DNA of 64,000 nt from Catajapyx aquilonaris (taxonomy: Eukaryota): NCBI GenBank assembly GCA_000934665.2, contig KZ538229.1:1-64000 (forward strand). The letters are read 5' to 3'. The position numbers were made by a program, and so were the translations under genes. Position 1 is the first letter of the stretch. Each line of letters begins with the position of its first letter. Below are positions 53,601 through 64,000 of this stretch, piece by piece. The notes under the pieces were generated by a model. That model was not told the DNA's origin and made no database searches. It saw only the letters and a program-made list of their open reading frames with translations.

Positions 53601-56600
53601 TTTTGGAACCAATTTTTTGTGCGGGTTTTTTTTTCTTGGAGGATGGTGCAAACTACCAAGTTGGTCTTGGCACGGGTTGGAATCACCGAATTGACCTCAA
53701 GTCGGTTTTGCTGGTCTGGCTGATCATTGCCAGGGATATGACCTGACGTCATGCTCTTAATTTTTGCGAGTGGGGATATACGCATTTGGCATCGCCTCCT
53801 AGAACGGGACATGCTAATCGGCTGATTAGTACATACCCGAAATGTATGTCTTCGTAACATAAGCAGCAGTGTAAAAGTGCTAGTCCTTGAATTTACTCCC
53901 TGTAGCCCCCCCAGGTGCTCCAACTGTGTAATAATAAACATACGGGAATGAAGGCCATTGGCAGAGGTTTTAGAGGCGCGTGAAGGAAATGCACACCAAT
54001 TGGTCCGCAAGATAAACAACCAGTTCCAACTGATAATCACCGCAGGGTACACTTCCCTCCGCTAATCTGGCCGCAACTACACTTTTCCTCGCTTTTTTTT
54101 TTGCTCGGATTGTTGACTTTACAGAGACCTCCCCGAGTCATTTTTTTTTTCTGAAGCAGCCAGTTCCGCCCATCCATTTTAAAGTGAGGACATAATTATC
54201 TACGGAAGCTGAGTGACTGAATAGTCATGTGATAAGAGCCGAAATAATTTGATCAGTTGAACTTCCTCTTGTGGCCCAACATGTGTGCTCATAAACGTGG
54301 CATAAATTAGAACCCGATAACGTTGATCTCATTGCGAAAACTCGCTGCCATTTTTTTTTTTTTTTTGCTCCACCATCGTCCTTTAACACGATCCTAGTTT
54401 TATGGTCCCCCGCGCGCCATCGGGATCATAATAATTACGCAATATGTCTGGCAGGCCTCTACAGTTGCCCCACCCTAACTCCGAAAATATCCTATCCAGC
54501 AGAATTTTTCGCAGCTATATGATTTGTGGTGTCGACTGAAAGGTGCAGGTACAGTAATTGTTGTCGCTGCGTGACTCTTTGTAGGGAGGGCAAGTTCTGG
54601 CTCATTCATCCGTCCGGTTGGGTAAGAAAATGCTGGAGAATGAATGAATGGGCAGGATGGGCTCGTTTCTTATCCAAGGACAGCAGCAGGAGCAACATGG
54701 TTCTCTCTTCTGGTTGTGCTGCTGCTCTTTAGCTAAGAAGCCAGTGCGTGATCCAAGGGTCGGGTGAAACGGCTATGTCGCCGCCATCTGGTCGCCTTAC
54801 TACTACTAACATCGAGTATGACCCCTTACAATAACAACAACAAGAAAAAAAAACACTTCATAAGCTTTTGCCAGGATAAGGAACCTATCTCACCTGTCCT
54901 GGCACCAAAACCTGTAGCCAAAACTTGCCTCTCGCGACCTTTCGATAACCTACCATTTTCATCTCCCATTTCTCTAAAACGGCATAACTTAGGTTTTGAG
55001 TGACACTATCACATTCACGGACGTCAGGACCGGTGGACATTAACTTTTTTTTCCCCCACCCACGTTCAGCCCATATTTTTTTCAGAGTTAAAAAATCCGG
55101 CGTGTGCGTGTGAATCATTCATTCATCCACTTCAGAGTTCACGCGTGGAGCTCCTCATTCAAAGGCAAACCCACCCAAAAGGTCCTCCTACGCACATACT
55201 GCACTCGAGGAAGGTATGGTTCCCCCCAGGAAGACCTTGAGAAGTGTTGCCTACTGGCTACACCTCGCCCTGGGTCAACGCGCTCTAACAGCTATCTGAG
55301 CGAGAAAACGCCTACGCCAGACTTCACCATCTAAATCAAGACAACTGCTGACTGGCTGGCTTGGTCCGGTAAAAAAAAAAAAAGACGAGAGAAAAATTTT
55401 CACTTCGTCATCCAGGACTGGCTTATCTGCCTACATGCAAATTCGCCACGCGTTTAGGTTTATTCGAGGTTAGAAATATTTGGTAAACTAAACCGTCCAA
55501 AGTTTTTTGAGGGATGAGTGGGCACCACCCAGTTTTCTTGGGTCTCCGGGCCAGGCAAGCTAAGCAACAAAACTTAATATGCAACCCGTTGGTCGGCCCC
55601 GCTCCCATCCCCTTCAAACAAGGGCCGTTTGTTAGGCACTCCCATTTTATGTTAATGGGCAAAGCTCTCCGAGTGGCAGGGCAAGTGCCCACCAGGCAAG
55701 AGCCCCGGTCACAAACCACCTTGCTCGAACTCTTGAACCCGAGGGATAGGCGGCACGCGACACGCGGCGGCGACGGGTCCCAGTTGAGTTTTTCGCGACA
55801 CTCCCTGCTGATGATGGCTCCAGGCCCAAGCGACAATGACCCGGGATGGGAATGGTCGCGTGTGACTCTGGGAGTCAGGTCAGAAAGTGGTTTGAAAAAT
55901 TGGCAGAAATTAGCAAATTGTGTTTGGCCCAAAAATAGCTATTAATTTCCAGATTAACTTTTGGGTCAATTGGCAGTGGTCGCTTCTCATTTGTCCACTG
56001 TTCAGATGCTGATAGGGCGTTTCCCATCACGATCCCCATCCTATAGTGTCGTCAAAATAATTACGAAATATCCGGTATAAAACGTGTGTCAGCAATTTGG
56101 AATAACCTGCGTATGGCATAAGCAGGCAGATCCGACAAACTGATATGGGGGGACGTCCATATTAATTGCGTCACGTCTAGGGGGGGGAGACGGTGTTATA
56201 CACATGTGACGTAACTATTGCGAAGGTTAACTTGATTTGAATGCAGTAAGGTGCAAAAAAGTAAACAAATCGTTACTTCCGTATATTGGGAAAATCAATG
56301 ATTTTGTGTTTCACTCGACAATATTCAGCCTAATACATCAGTTGGTGCGAAATATATATTTGTACTTATAAATGATTTGCAAGTCGCCTGACCCCTCAGG
56401 CTTGAAAAAGCGGCCGTTTGCCTTGCGTCTGTCGTGAAGAATCAATTACGGCCTTCCGTGACATTTTGACCTCGCCTTTTTCCCCTCAGAGATTAAAATC
56501 TCTGGCCATGGTCATTGACAACTGGCTGGGAGGAAGAAGCATGTGCGAAAAACTCCGACACGCGTTTTGTCTCACCTACTTCCGCGTCTAGATGTCTCAA

Positions 56601-59600
56601 TCGCTCTTATGTCACGACCATTTTGGACATACCGGCCACAGTACAGTTCCATCCGAAAGTTATAGTCCGATTACATAACCTCCTCTCGACTCCAGATCTA
56701 TTTCGAGTCAACCGGGCACTGTAGACGGACAGACTACAGTGTATGTCCCCCATACTATACGTCTACCTTGGACGGAAGACAAAAAAAAAAAAAAAAAAAA
56801 AAATACTGTGCGGAAATTTTAGGGAGGCCTGGCAGCAGTTAGCAAGTCGTCATTAACACAAGTCTCTAAGGCCGTTTCCTGGATGAGAGGACGTGGCATA
56901 ATTCTCTCCATACGGCGTTTGTTTCCCAAAGTGGCTACGACCCTGACCCCCTTTAATGAGTTCGTCTGTTGGCTAGTAAACGTGGGTTGGCAACCAACAG
57001 GGCTTGGCAAGAAAAAGGCATTGTGGTAAGGTGCTCGAAATTTTAGGTCCGTTTCTGTACGAAACTGTGTTTACACTGTCGGCCGGTCGTGACTTGTTGC
57101 TCCGCAATTACATCGAAGCAAATCAACACTCATTAGGGCTATCAGCTCTTAATCTCGGGTAGCAGCCTGTGCAGATACGGCTTTCTTGCTTGGTATATGG
57201 GCCAGGTCAAAAATGGAGGTTTTCTTGGGCAAAACCGATCCGACATTCTGGCAGCGTCTGGTCGGACGGGCTTTGCAAAACGCGGAAGAGCGCAATAAAG
57301 ATCGGAGCTCTCAATTCCAGCGGTTCCAGTTGGCCGGCCGGCTTGGGCTATCCCAAAAGCAGAAACAAGGTCGCCATCAGAAGGGACGAGTTATGACAAA
57401 CTAGTTGCAGGGGCTTCAATCAAGCTTCCCCCTTACCCTCACACCGCCCCATTTTATTGACTGGCCATAACCCGACCGGAGCCTTTATACAGTACCGTAT
57501 ATACTTCCCACGGTTTTTCGTCTAGTGATATAATAAAAAAAGGGTGCGGAAGTTTGCTGGGATCCCCCCCGATTCAAATTCAAATTTAGGGTGGCACATT
57601 TTCATTTGAAATTCAGATATGTACACATGCGAGTGGTCCAATAATGCGGGGTCTGACACGCGTTGCTAATGTGTCGCTCAGTAAGTGTGACAGGTGATTG
57701 ATAGGTAAAATGAATGGGGCATCCGACCGGAAATTTTTCAGTTGGCGCCACCGAATGGTTTTTTTTTGGCTCAAAGTAGACAGCTGAAAAATTATGTAAC
57801 GCTTCTAAGTGCGGTGGTGTAAATTATTTTTTAATAATATAAAATGTATCTTAATAAATGCTTGGGACACGGCAGGAATGAGTGGGTGTACAGGGCCAAT
57901 CACCTCGTCTGACGTGGCGACGCACGCCCCATACACAATTACACACACGCTGACGATACGCACTCAAATGCTGCCTCGGTGAAAAATGTTTGCTCTAGCT
58001 GAGGCAACACGTTCCTTTTAGTACAGCACTTCCTGCCCTTTTCTTGAAAGGGGCTACTTTTTCTCTTTTTTTTTTTTCTTCTCAAGACGATCACCTTGGG
58101 GGAAGCCAGCTGGTACATGTCCTGATGTCCTTCCGTCTGTCCTGTCCGCAGACGGCCTTTTTGCACAATTTCGCAATTAATTCGCACAAAAACGGAATCG
58201 TCGCTATATGACCCATAAAGGTTAGCAAAATTCATTTGAAGGTCGTTGCAAGCTATATGTTCGGGATATTACCGAGCAGACTGATATTATTGCTCACTTA
58301 ACTGCTGATAAAGGCACACCTGTTTTCTGATAGGTGTTAGGTAAGGCAGTGTTTGCACAGGGTGCGGTGCGTCACGCCTAATGAGCGGCTGGCGACTATT
58401 TGCTGAATGGCCTGGTACAAATGAGCTATACGGAGGCCCCCCCTTCAAATGACAGACAGACCTGGAATTAGACTCGTTGGGTAAGCGCCACTATATCTGG
58501 CCAGGGTTCAAACCCCGGGCAGGAGAATTTAAAAAAAAAAATCATATCTGGACCGGTGCAAGTATACAGGGGGTGTGGGGGGCCAATTAGATGCGAAGCA
58601 ACCTGCTGCTGGCTACATATGTAATTGACAAGTGAGAGGGCAATTTGCCGGGCGCCGCAACAGGCTCACCTTTCTGAGCCGCTAACAAGGTACAATTGCC
58701 CATCGTGCTGCACTGGATTGCAGCGAACAGTAGTGAGGCTAAGACTTGGGTGATATCACCTTTACCACCGCTATAAACAGAGCACAAAAAATGGGCGAGC
58801 TATCCCAGCTAATTACTAAACGTGCCAAGTGACCCCAACAAGGACGACATCTTCGTGACGAGAGTTACGTCTAGTGTCACGATTGTTGCAAATACACAAA
58901 AAATAGCGTTATCGAGACAGTCTAATTGGTGCTTTGCATCCTGATCTTACACTAGCCAGTCGTTACGGCAAAGTGGCTCTTAAGACACTTGCAAAACTTT
59001 GTTTCGAATTCTACGAAAAATTTTCTTCATATGAGGAGCCAAGGACACATCACAAACACACACACACTCATGCCCTGGAGGAGAAACTAGACGTGTATAA
59101 ATTCTCGGCCGATGATGTTCCAGCTCGGAAATGTTTGCCGGGATCCACATTTTGGCTAGGACCCAATAGTATTTGGGTTACATAGGCAGTCGTCCTCAGG
59201 TGGTCCAGCTATAGCCTCTCCATGCTGCTCGGTACATAATGTTAGTGGGTAATAACCCGACTCTGGGGCGGATTTTATTACGTGCAAGTCCAGTTGCGAA
59301 ATTGGATGACAGGCCCCACCCATCTCTCGGGAATGTCGGGTTTATTTCGGGGGAGAAACGCGCATATTCACGCACGAGCCAAGATGGAACTCCTACACTT
59401 TTTTTTATATACACGTTGGCTTGTGTGTGTGTGTGTGAAGCGAGCGATGGAAGGTTACTGACCGATGCTGACTAATGCTGCTTACCACACAAGAGAGGCT
59501 GCGGATCATTCCTTGCAGCAGGGTGCATACGGGGCTCCAGATTCATGTGGAACATGCAAACAAACGGGCGTTGCCGCAAAGTGCCAATGAACAAAGTAAT

Positions 59601-62176
59601 ACAGTGGCGCTGGGTGTCGTGTATAAATCTGCGTAAGAGTGGGTCCCGTGTCCACCGTACAGGTTTGGAGTAGAGCCCAACTAGCTGCCATTTTGGCTTC
59701 GGAAGATATACAACCGTGGTAGACAAAGCAATAGAAAGGGATCAAGGACGATGGTTAAGTTTTAAAAAAAAGTGAAGATCCGGAATCGATGGCCTTCCTA
59801 TGACATACGTACATTTTTGATTGTGGAAGAAGAAAAATTCAACTTCCCCAAAATAGCGGGGTTTAAAAATGGATGCAAGTCCTAGAGCTATTATTTTAAT
59901 AAAGGATGTCAGGTACATTAGCGGGGAGTTCATGAATCAATTAGGAGTCCGGAAATTGCTCTCCCTCTACCGGGGCACATTTAAATTAAAATATGGTGAT
60001 GTATTACGCCATGGCTTGTAACTATTTAAGCCCGGGTAATTCCCCCGGGTTGTATTTTCTGGCTCGGGCTTAACCCCCCCTCCCAGCTCTTTTATGCATT
60101 ACGACTCCATTATGAAGATTATCAACTGAATAAAAATGCTGGGAGTGGATTTCTCAGGTGACATGCCGGATAGTTAGTCTGCAAAAAAAAAACTAGGCTA
60201 GTTTCGCTTCAACAAGCAAAATTTCGTTAGGGTCGATTGGGGAGAGTAGACGACGGGTCACGAAGCCCCCGGATGGAGGTCTACTTACTCCGGATAATGG
60301 GACAACCTGCGACCTTATCTTTACGCCGACGAGCTTTTATGTACACCCACTCTCAGGACTTGCTATCACTATTTTTTTTTCGTAGAGCCGGAGCCCACCA
60401 TGGCGCCCAGTTTGATATTTCCAGATTTTGCTATACGTTTCATCCTAAGTGCTAGGCAACCAGCAGTGCAAGCACTTGAAGTGCAGCCTTGTATAGTGCC
60501 CAGGAGCACTTTGGTTGCATTTCTGCACTGTTCGGGGCTAAAACGGAAGTTGGCAGGAGACTATAGCACCCCTTTTTGAGTGAATAATTGTTAGCTTGCG
60601 TCATCGTTGACGTCAAATTATGACACCACTTTTCCGTTTGCGTTGATATAAAAAGAATGGGGGGCTCGCAAGGTACGGTAGTTTCTCAATGTTTACAACT
60701 CAGTGCGTCGTAATTATACGCATGTGTTGTATGAAACGGGACGGGCTTCCCGGGTATGACTTTATTGCCCACTTTGGAGGGCAGTTCTAGATGTGACCTT
60801 ATCCGCACACTGATGTCATTTCCTTGTCCAGCTCTTGTTTTGTAAGGGGTCAAGGATTTTCGCCTCGCCAAATGCCAACTCGTGCACTTGAGAAACAATT
60901 AGTCCGATTTCATACGTCTAGGTCTTCTTCTTCTTCTTTTTTTTTTTTTAAAAAAAGAAGGCGTTAAAATGTGTGTCTCTGTCGGCCTTTAAAAAACAAC
61001 CCCATGTGGTGAAAGTAGGCGTAGAGAAGGCGTCGGAAGTGTGGCTCCCTGGGTAGGGATGAAGAGGATAATAGTGTATCAGGAGGTGATATAATAATAA
61101 AAAAAGTTTAAAGGAAGAAGAACCATTAGTGGCACGGTTGGTGGCCAACTTCTTCCAAGTCGAAGCGGCATCTTTTGGTGTCCATGGGACGTCCCCTTTT
61201 GCCACCTGCCTCACCTCACTTGCATTGTATTTTCTGCCCACGTATTCATTCGCTCGTATTTATAAAAGGGGGGGCAGCTCTCATAGTAATGGATATCTTT
61301 GTCCAGAAGAGTTGGAGCCATGTCAGGCGCGAATTAAAATGGAACTGATTCTTAGAAGGCTAAACTCTTGGGGTTTGCTTCGGGTTGATAAGAGGTATTC
61401 TCAATGACCTAAATGGTTTTTTTTTTTTTGTATATATCGCCACACACGATGAGAGTTGATCAGTAGAAAAGGGTCCAGTTTTTTTGCAGCTATCTAATAA
61501 AGATATAACTAAAGTATTTTTTATCTTTAGTGTCTGCACGATTTCCATTAGCGGTAAATGAATAACATAATAATCAGCACTCGATGCGGTATAGTTTGCT
61601 TTTAAAGAGCCTCTTATCATGGGTGGGTCGATTTCAGTGTGCGACATCTCAAGAGTTTTCTGCTCAATTTGAATGATTACTCTCGTTATTTGCTAAAAAT
61701 GGCAAGAAAATATTTTCTATCATTTGGCTCAATTTTTACATAGCCCTACACTACTGTTGAAAATTCATTAGAGAAAATAACTGAAAATCATTATAGGAGT
61801 TGTTTCATTCATTTCACTCGCGGCATATTTCAATCAAGATGGCGATAGTTGTTTCAAGTGCAGAAATACTGAATACTAATTTAGTGAGCAAATAGCATAT
61901 TCAGTCATGATTCCTATAACTTAAGATATTTTTAACTAATTATGTGAACCGACTCCCAGAACATTTGCGAATTTTTCTCTGGAAGTCGGTTATCTCTGCG
62001 ATTGTGGATTTGTGCCATTTTCGCAGCGTCCTTCGCGAGTGGAGGTGAATAAAATCGTAAAAGTGTACTTACAGCGATGCACTCACACTTGACGCAATAC
62101 ATGGTGCCGAAAGGAGGTCCCAGGTCTGGATTCCACGTCTCGCCCAGTTCGTACGTCTCCTTGCCGAACTGGCAAT
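35468..62176 (-). CDS. sog: Chordin / short gastrulation (BMP antagonist), multi-exon CDS, 5'-incomplete: join(62073..62176,51944..52076,47883..47957,39063..39277,38882..39001,38546..38809,37669..37998,37232..37609,36992..37147,36650..36932,36461..36591,35736..36035,35468..35653) on minus strand
   Basis: 13 exons, 2675 nt, one open frame ending at TAA 35468-35470. Every intron is GT..AG with matching phase. Architecture is CR1 - CHRD stem - CR2 - CR3 - CR4, each CR with the 10-Cys vWC pattern. CR1 carries the basic insert ([20 protein letters not shown]) and the linker [18 protein letters not shown] that I recognise from arthropod Sog. Confidence 0.96.
35736..36035 (-). CDS. sog: chordin/sog exon L: end of CR3, linker, start of CR4
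   Basis: GGCAG|GAA..., [18 protein letters not shown]...CCMEC...[34 protein letters not shown], donor AAG|GTCAGT; 300 bp. Confidence 0.95.
36461..36591 (-). CDS. sog: chordin/sog exon K: N-terminal half of vWC CR3
   Basis: CCTTTCAG|AC..., (N)[43 protein letters not shown], donor AAC|GTAAGT; 131 bp. Confidence 0.95.
36650..36932 (-). CDS. sog: chordin/sog exon J: linker + vWC CR2
   Basis: TTCCAG|GTG..., VRVPSACLP...[43 protein letters not shown]...CCPTCS, donor A|GTACGT; 283 bp. Confidence 0.94.
36992..37147 (-). CDS. sog: chordin/sog exon I: end of CHRD region (not in ORF track)
   Basis: TTTCCAG|ATT..., [52 protein letters not shown], donor GGG|GTAAGA; 156 bp. Confidence 0.9.
37232..37609 (-). 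CDS. sog: chordin/sog exon H: CHRD region
   Basis: AAACAG|GTG..., [15 protein letters not shown]...[10 protein letters not shown]...ELRGQL...[17 protein letters not shown]...QKQKL, donor CTG|GTAAGA; 378 bp. Confidence 0.92.
37669..37998 (-). CDS. sog: chordin/sog exon G: CHRD region
   Basis: AAAAATAG|GAA..., [13 protein letters not shown]...[17 protein letters not shown]...AGLAWIY...GEKKKRK, donor AAG|GTCACT (weak); 330 bp, phase 0-0. Confidence 0.88.
38546..38809 (-). CDS. sog: chordin/sog exon F: CHRD region
   Basis: CCCCAG|GTG..., [18 protein letters not shown]...[11 protein letters not shown]...FHFDILFNG...GKPDP, donor CCG|GTAAGT; 264 bp. Confidence 0.93.
38882..39001 (-). CDS. sog: chordin/sog exon E: CHRD region (not in ORF track)
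   Basis: TTAG|GTG..., [40 protein letters not shown], donor AAG|GTATGT; 120 bp; contains the CGVW motif typical of chordin. Confidence 0.93.
39063..39277 (-). CDS. sog: chordin/sog exon D: CHRD region
   Basis: TTCCAG|AC TTC..., (D)[34 protein letters not shown]...NVYQNASRK, donor AAG|GTGAGT; 215 bp. Confidence 0.93.
41974..42030 (+). mobile_element. V-domain-like SINE core fragment in a sog intron
   Basis: GTTCTCTCCGTATTCGCGTGGGTTTTCTCGGGGTTCTCCCGTTTCCTCCCACA closely follows the V-SINE core motif CGTGGGTTTTCTCCGGGTRCTCCGGTTTCCTCCCACA as I recall it; no tRNA head upstream. Confidence 0.65.
47883..47957 (-). CDS. sog: chordin/sog exon C: CR1-CHRD acidic linker (not in ORF track)
   Basis: TTTCAG|GA CAT..., (G)[24 protein letters not shown], donor AG|GTAAGT; phase 1 to 1, 75 bp. 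Joins exons B and D in frame and resembles the EEEERN linker of insect Sog. Confidence 0.88.
51791..51889. promoter_or_regulatory. Candidate intronic BMP-responsive module (Brinker/Mad-type TGGCGYY/GGCGCC cluster)
   Basis: TGGCGTT at 51791; GGCGCC at 51804, 51834, 51871 and 51883; function inferred only. Confidence 0.4.
51944..52076 (-). CDS. sog: chordin/sog exon B: C-terminal half of vWC CR1
   Basis: TTTTCCAG|ATT..., [44 protein letters not shown], donor G|GTAAGT; phase 0 to 1, 133 bp. Confidence 0.95.
58470..58540 (+). mobile_element. Possible degenerate tRNA-SINE head
   Basis: B-box-like GGTTCAAACC at 58505-58514 preceded by TTGGGTAAGCG and followed by an A-run; no cloverleaf. Confidence 0.3.
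62073..62176 (-). CDS. sog: chordin/sog exon A (first visible): N-terminal half of vWC CR1
   Basis: CCAG|AT TGC..., (D)[34 protein letters not shown], donor GCT|GTAAGT; phase 1 to 0, 104 bp. Confidence 0.95.
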
Positions 62177-64000
62177 CTGGAAGAACACACAGAAAGCACT
62201 TAGTCACTCGCAAAAAGCCATGGAGCAATTTTGTTTGTGAAATAATTCAAGTAAATTGCAAGATAAAGTCATATTTTTTTCCTTATAAAATCGTTCTAGA
62301 GATATGCTACCGTACGGCAGAATTTGATTCCATATCTGCCCCATGAGGACTATACTGTTCGTATAAAGTTATAGGCAGCCACTTCTTTCGCTCAACAAGC
62401 TTCTTTATTTTCCCATTTCTATAAGCTTGTTTTAAAGTGCCCATCCCTTTTGTTTGAGCCGCAAAAAAAAACCCCCCGCTAAACAAATATTTTACGTCAC
62501 ATCTTTTGTGTGTATGTAAAGCATCCTTAGACGACCCTCCTACCAATTCGTAATACGCTCTATTCGAGATAGTCTTGAGCGCCACAAGGACGCCTGATAG
62601 GCCTCCTCCCACATTGTTCAGCTCCCAAGATTTATTTTTAGTTGCACTCATAAATTGTGTACAAGGGAGGGAGGGTGGTGGTAGAGGAAGACAACAACAC
62701 TTTAAAAAAATATGAACGTGCAAACTCTAACTCTTTCTGCTCTGAGTGTATATGTACGTCTTATCTATTGACCTCTCGCATTAGACACGACCTTCGATAA
62801 TGTTTGGTTGCAGATAGCAAAACACAAGCCGTCGATTACGAAGTCGCGCGCTCTGCCACCCCGATTGTTATGATGAGGACGGCAAAAGGAGTTGACATAA
62901 TACACAACACTGATTTGCATCGGCCAAAATGCATGAAGCTGATGTGTCAGCATACACATGTGTGCCTGCTCACGCACGCTTCCTTGTTAAATAACGCAAG
63001 CCCCTGCCGACGGTTTTGCTTCATCCATGGCGCCCTAGGGACAAGCCAATATCGGACCCACGCTGGCATTTCCTTTTTGCAATAGTCTTCTTGGCGACTG
63101 CATCCGGATTTATTAAGGGACAAGACGCGCCGGTTTTCTGGGAAAAAAAGTTATTGCGTCGCGGAGCGGAATATAACTTACTGACTCAAGGTGAACGCAA
63201 TAATTCTAGAGAAGAGTCAATAAAACTAATGAATTCGTGAATAAAATTTTCGTGGAGCGGAACAATGAGGTGGTTTCTCTTTATGGCTTGTTTATGCAAT
63301 GATCGGTCTGTCGCAATCATTTTTTACTCAACAATCTTTTCCCCCACCTTTGTGTACTTTAATGACGGATGGCCTGCTACAAATGGTCAGAACAGAGATA
63401 GAATAGCCCCGTCCGAGCACTCTATTAGCCCTGAGCCGTTACAGGGCAGCCCTATGCGCACCCCAACAATTTAGGGTCCCAGAAGCCTCTTCGCTCATGC
63501 ACGATCATGAAGGGAATTCGAGTTAGTTAAAGTGTGCGCCGTATAGCGTTTAGAGAGTGGGGGTAATCCCTAGTGCCACTCGATTGCACTGGCCTAATCC
63601 AATGTTCTCGGTCTGGGCGGCATTCGTTGGAGGCAATTTCTACCTTTTTCTACACACCTTTTCTGAACAGGGGAAGAACGGTACTCATTTGTATGTCCAG
63701 GTGAATTGCCTTATTAGCTGTGAAATACCATCCGTGTCACGAACACAGCCCACGAAACTTCCATCGTTTGCTATTGCACGGCAAAACCTCCATTTTGCAT
63801 CCAAAAGGCAAGGCGTGTGGAGGGATGCATACTTGCCAGGATATTTCACACTGCAGTTTTTTTAGTCAATGATCTTTGGTAAAACGGCTCCGTTAATGAC
63901 ATCTCCACATAGTGTTCACTGTGTGGTATACGGTGATAGCATATTACATCCTATATGTACTGCACTAGTTATAATATTGGAAAATACAGGACCGGTTCAA

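Noticed and set aside
62177..64000. sog start codon / signal-peptide exon and promoter
   Set aside because: No ATG-initiated hydrophobic exon with a phase-1 donor was found; it probably lies outside the window.
1..64000. CRISPR arrays, operons, rRNA, intact transposase/RT ORFs, known miRNA hairpins; the remaining short ORF-track entries
   Set aside because: Intron-rich eukaryotic DNA with no repeat-spacer array or recognisable sequence of these types; the other ORFs are short and lack domains.

Overview
Eukaryotic (animal, probably arthropod) genomic DNA. The main feature is a minus-strand chordin/short gastrulation (sog) gene encoding a secreted BMP antagonist. I reconstructed 13 coding exons by hand (62176 down to the stop at 35468). 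All have GT-AG boundaries and compatible phases, giving about 890 aa with four 10-Cys vWC (CR1-CR4) domains and the CHRD stem. The start/signal-peptide exon was not found and probably lies beyond 64000. The 5' introns are large (about 10.0, 4.0 and 8.6 kb); the 3' introns are mostly 58-84 bp. A long U-rich 3' UTR probably follows, then about 32 kb with no recognisable protein-coding exon. That region holds two young tRNA-derived SINEs with perfect target-site duplications, foldback MITEs, a perfect hairpin, microsatellites and an 8-N gap. I see no evidence of a wholly new biological system. The best leads are a dense Brinker/Mad-type GGCGCC cluster in a sog intron, possible splice isoforms (a skippable linker exon and a retained intron giving a hydrophobic tail), and palindromic SINE target sites.
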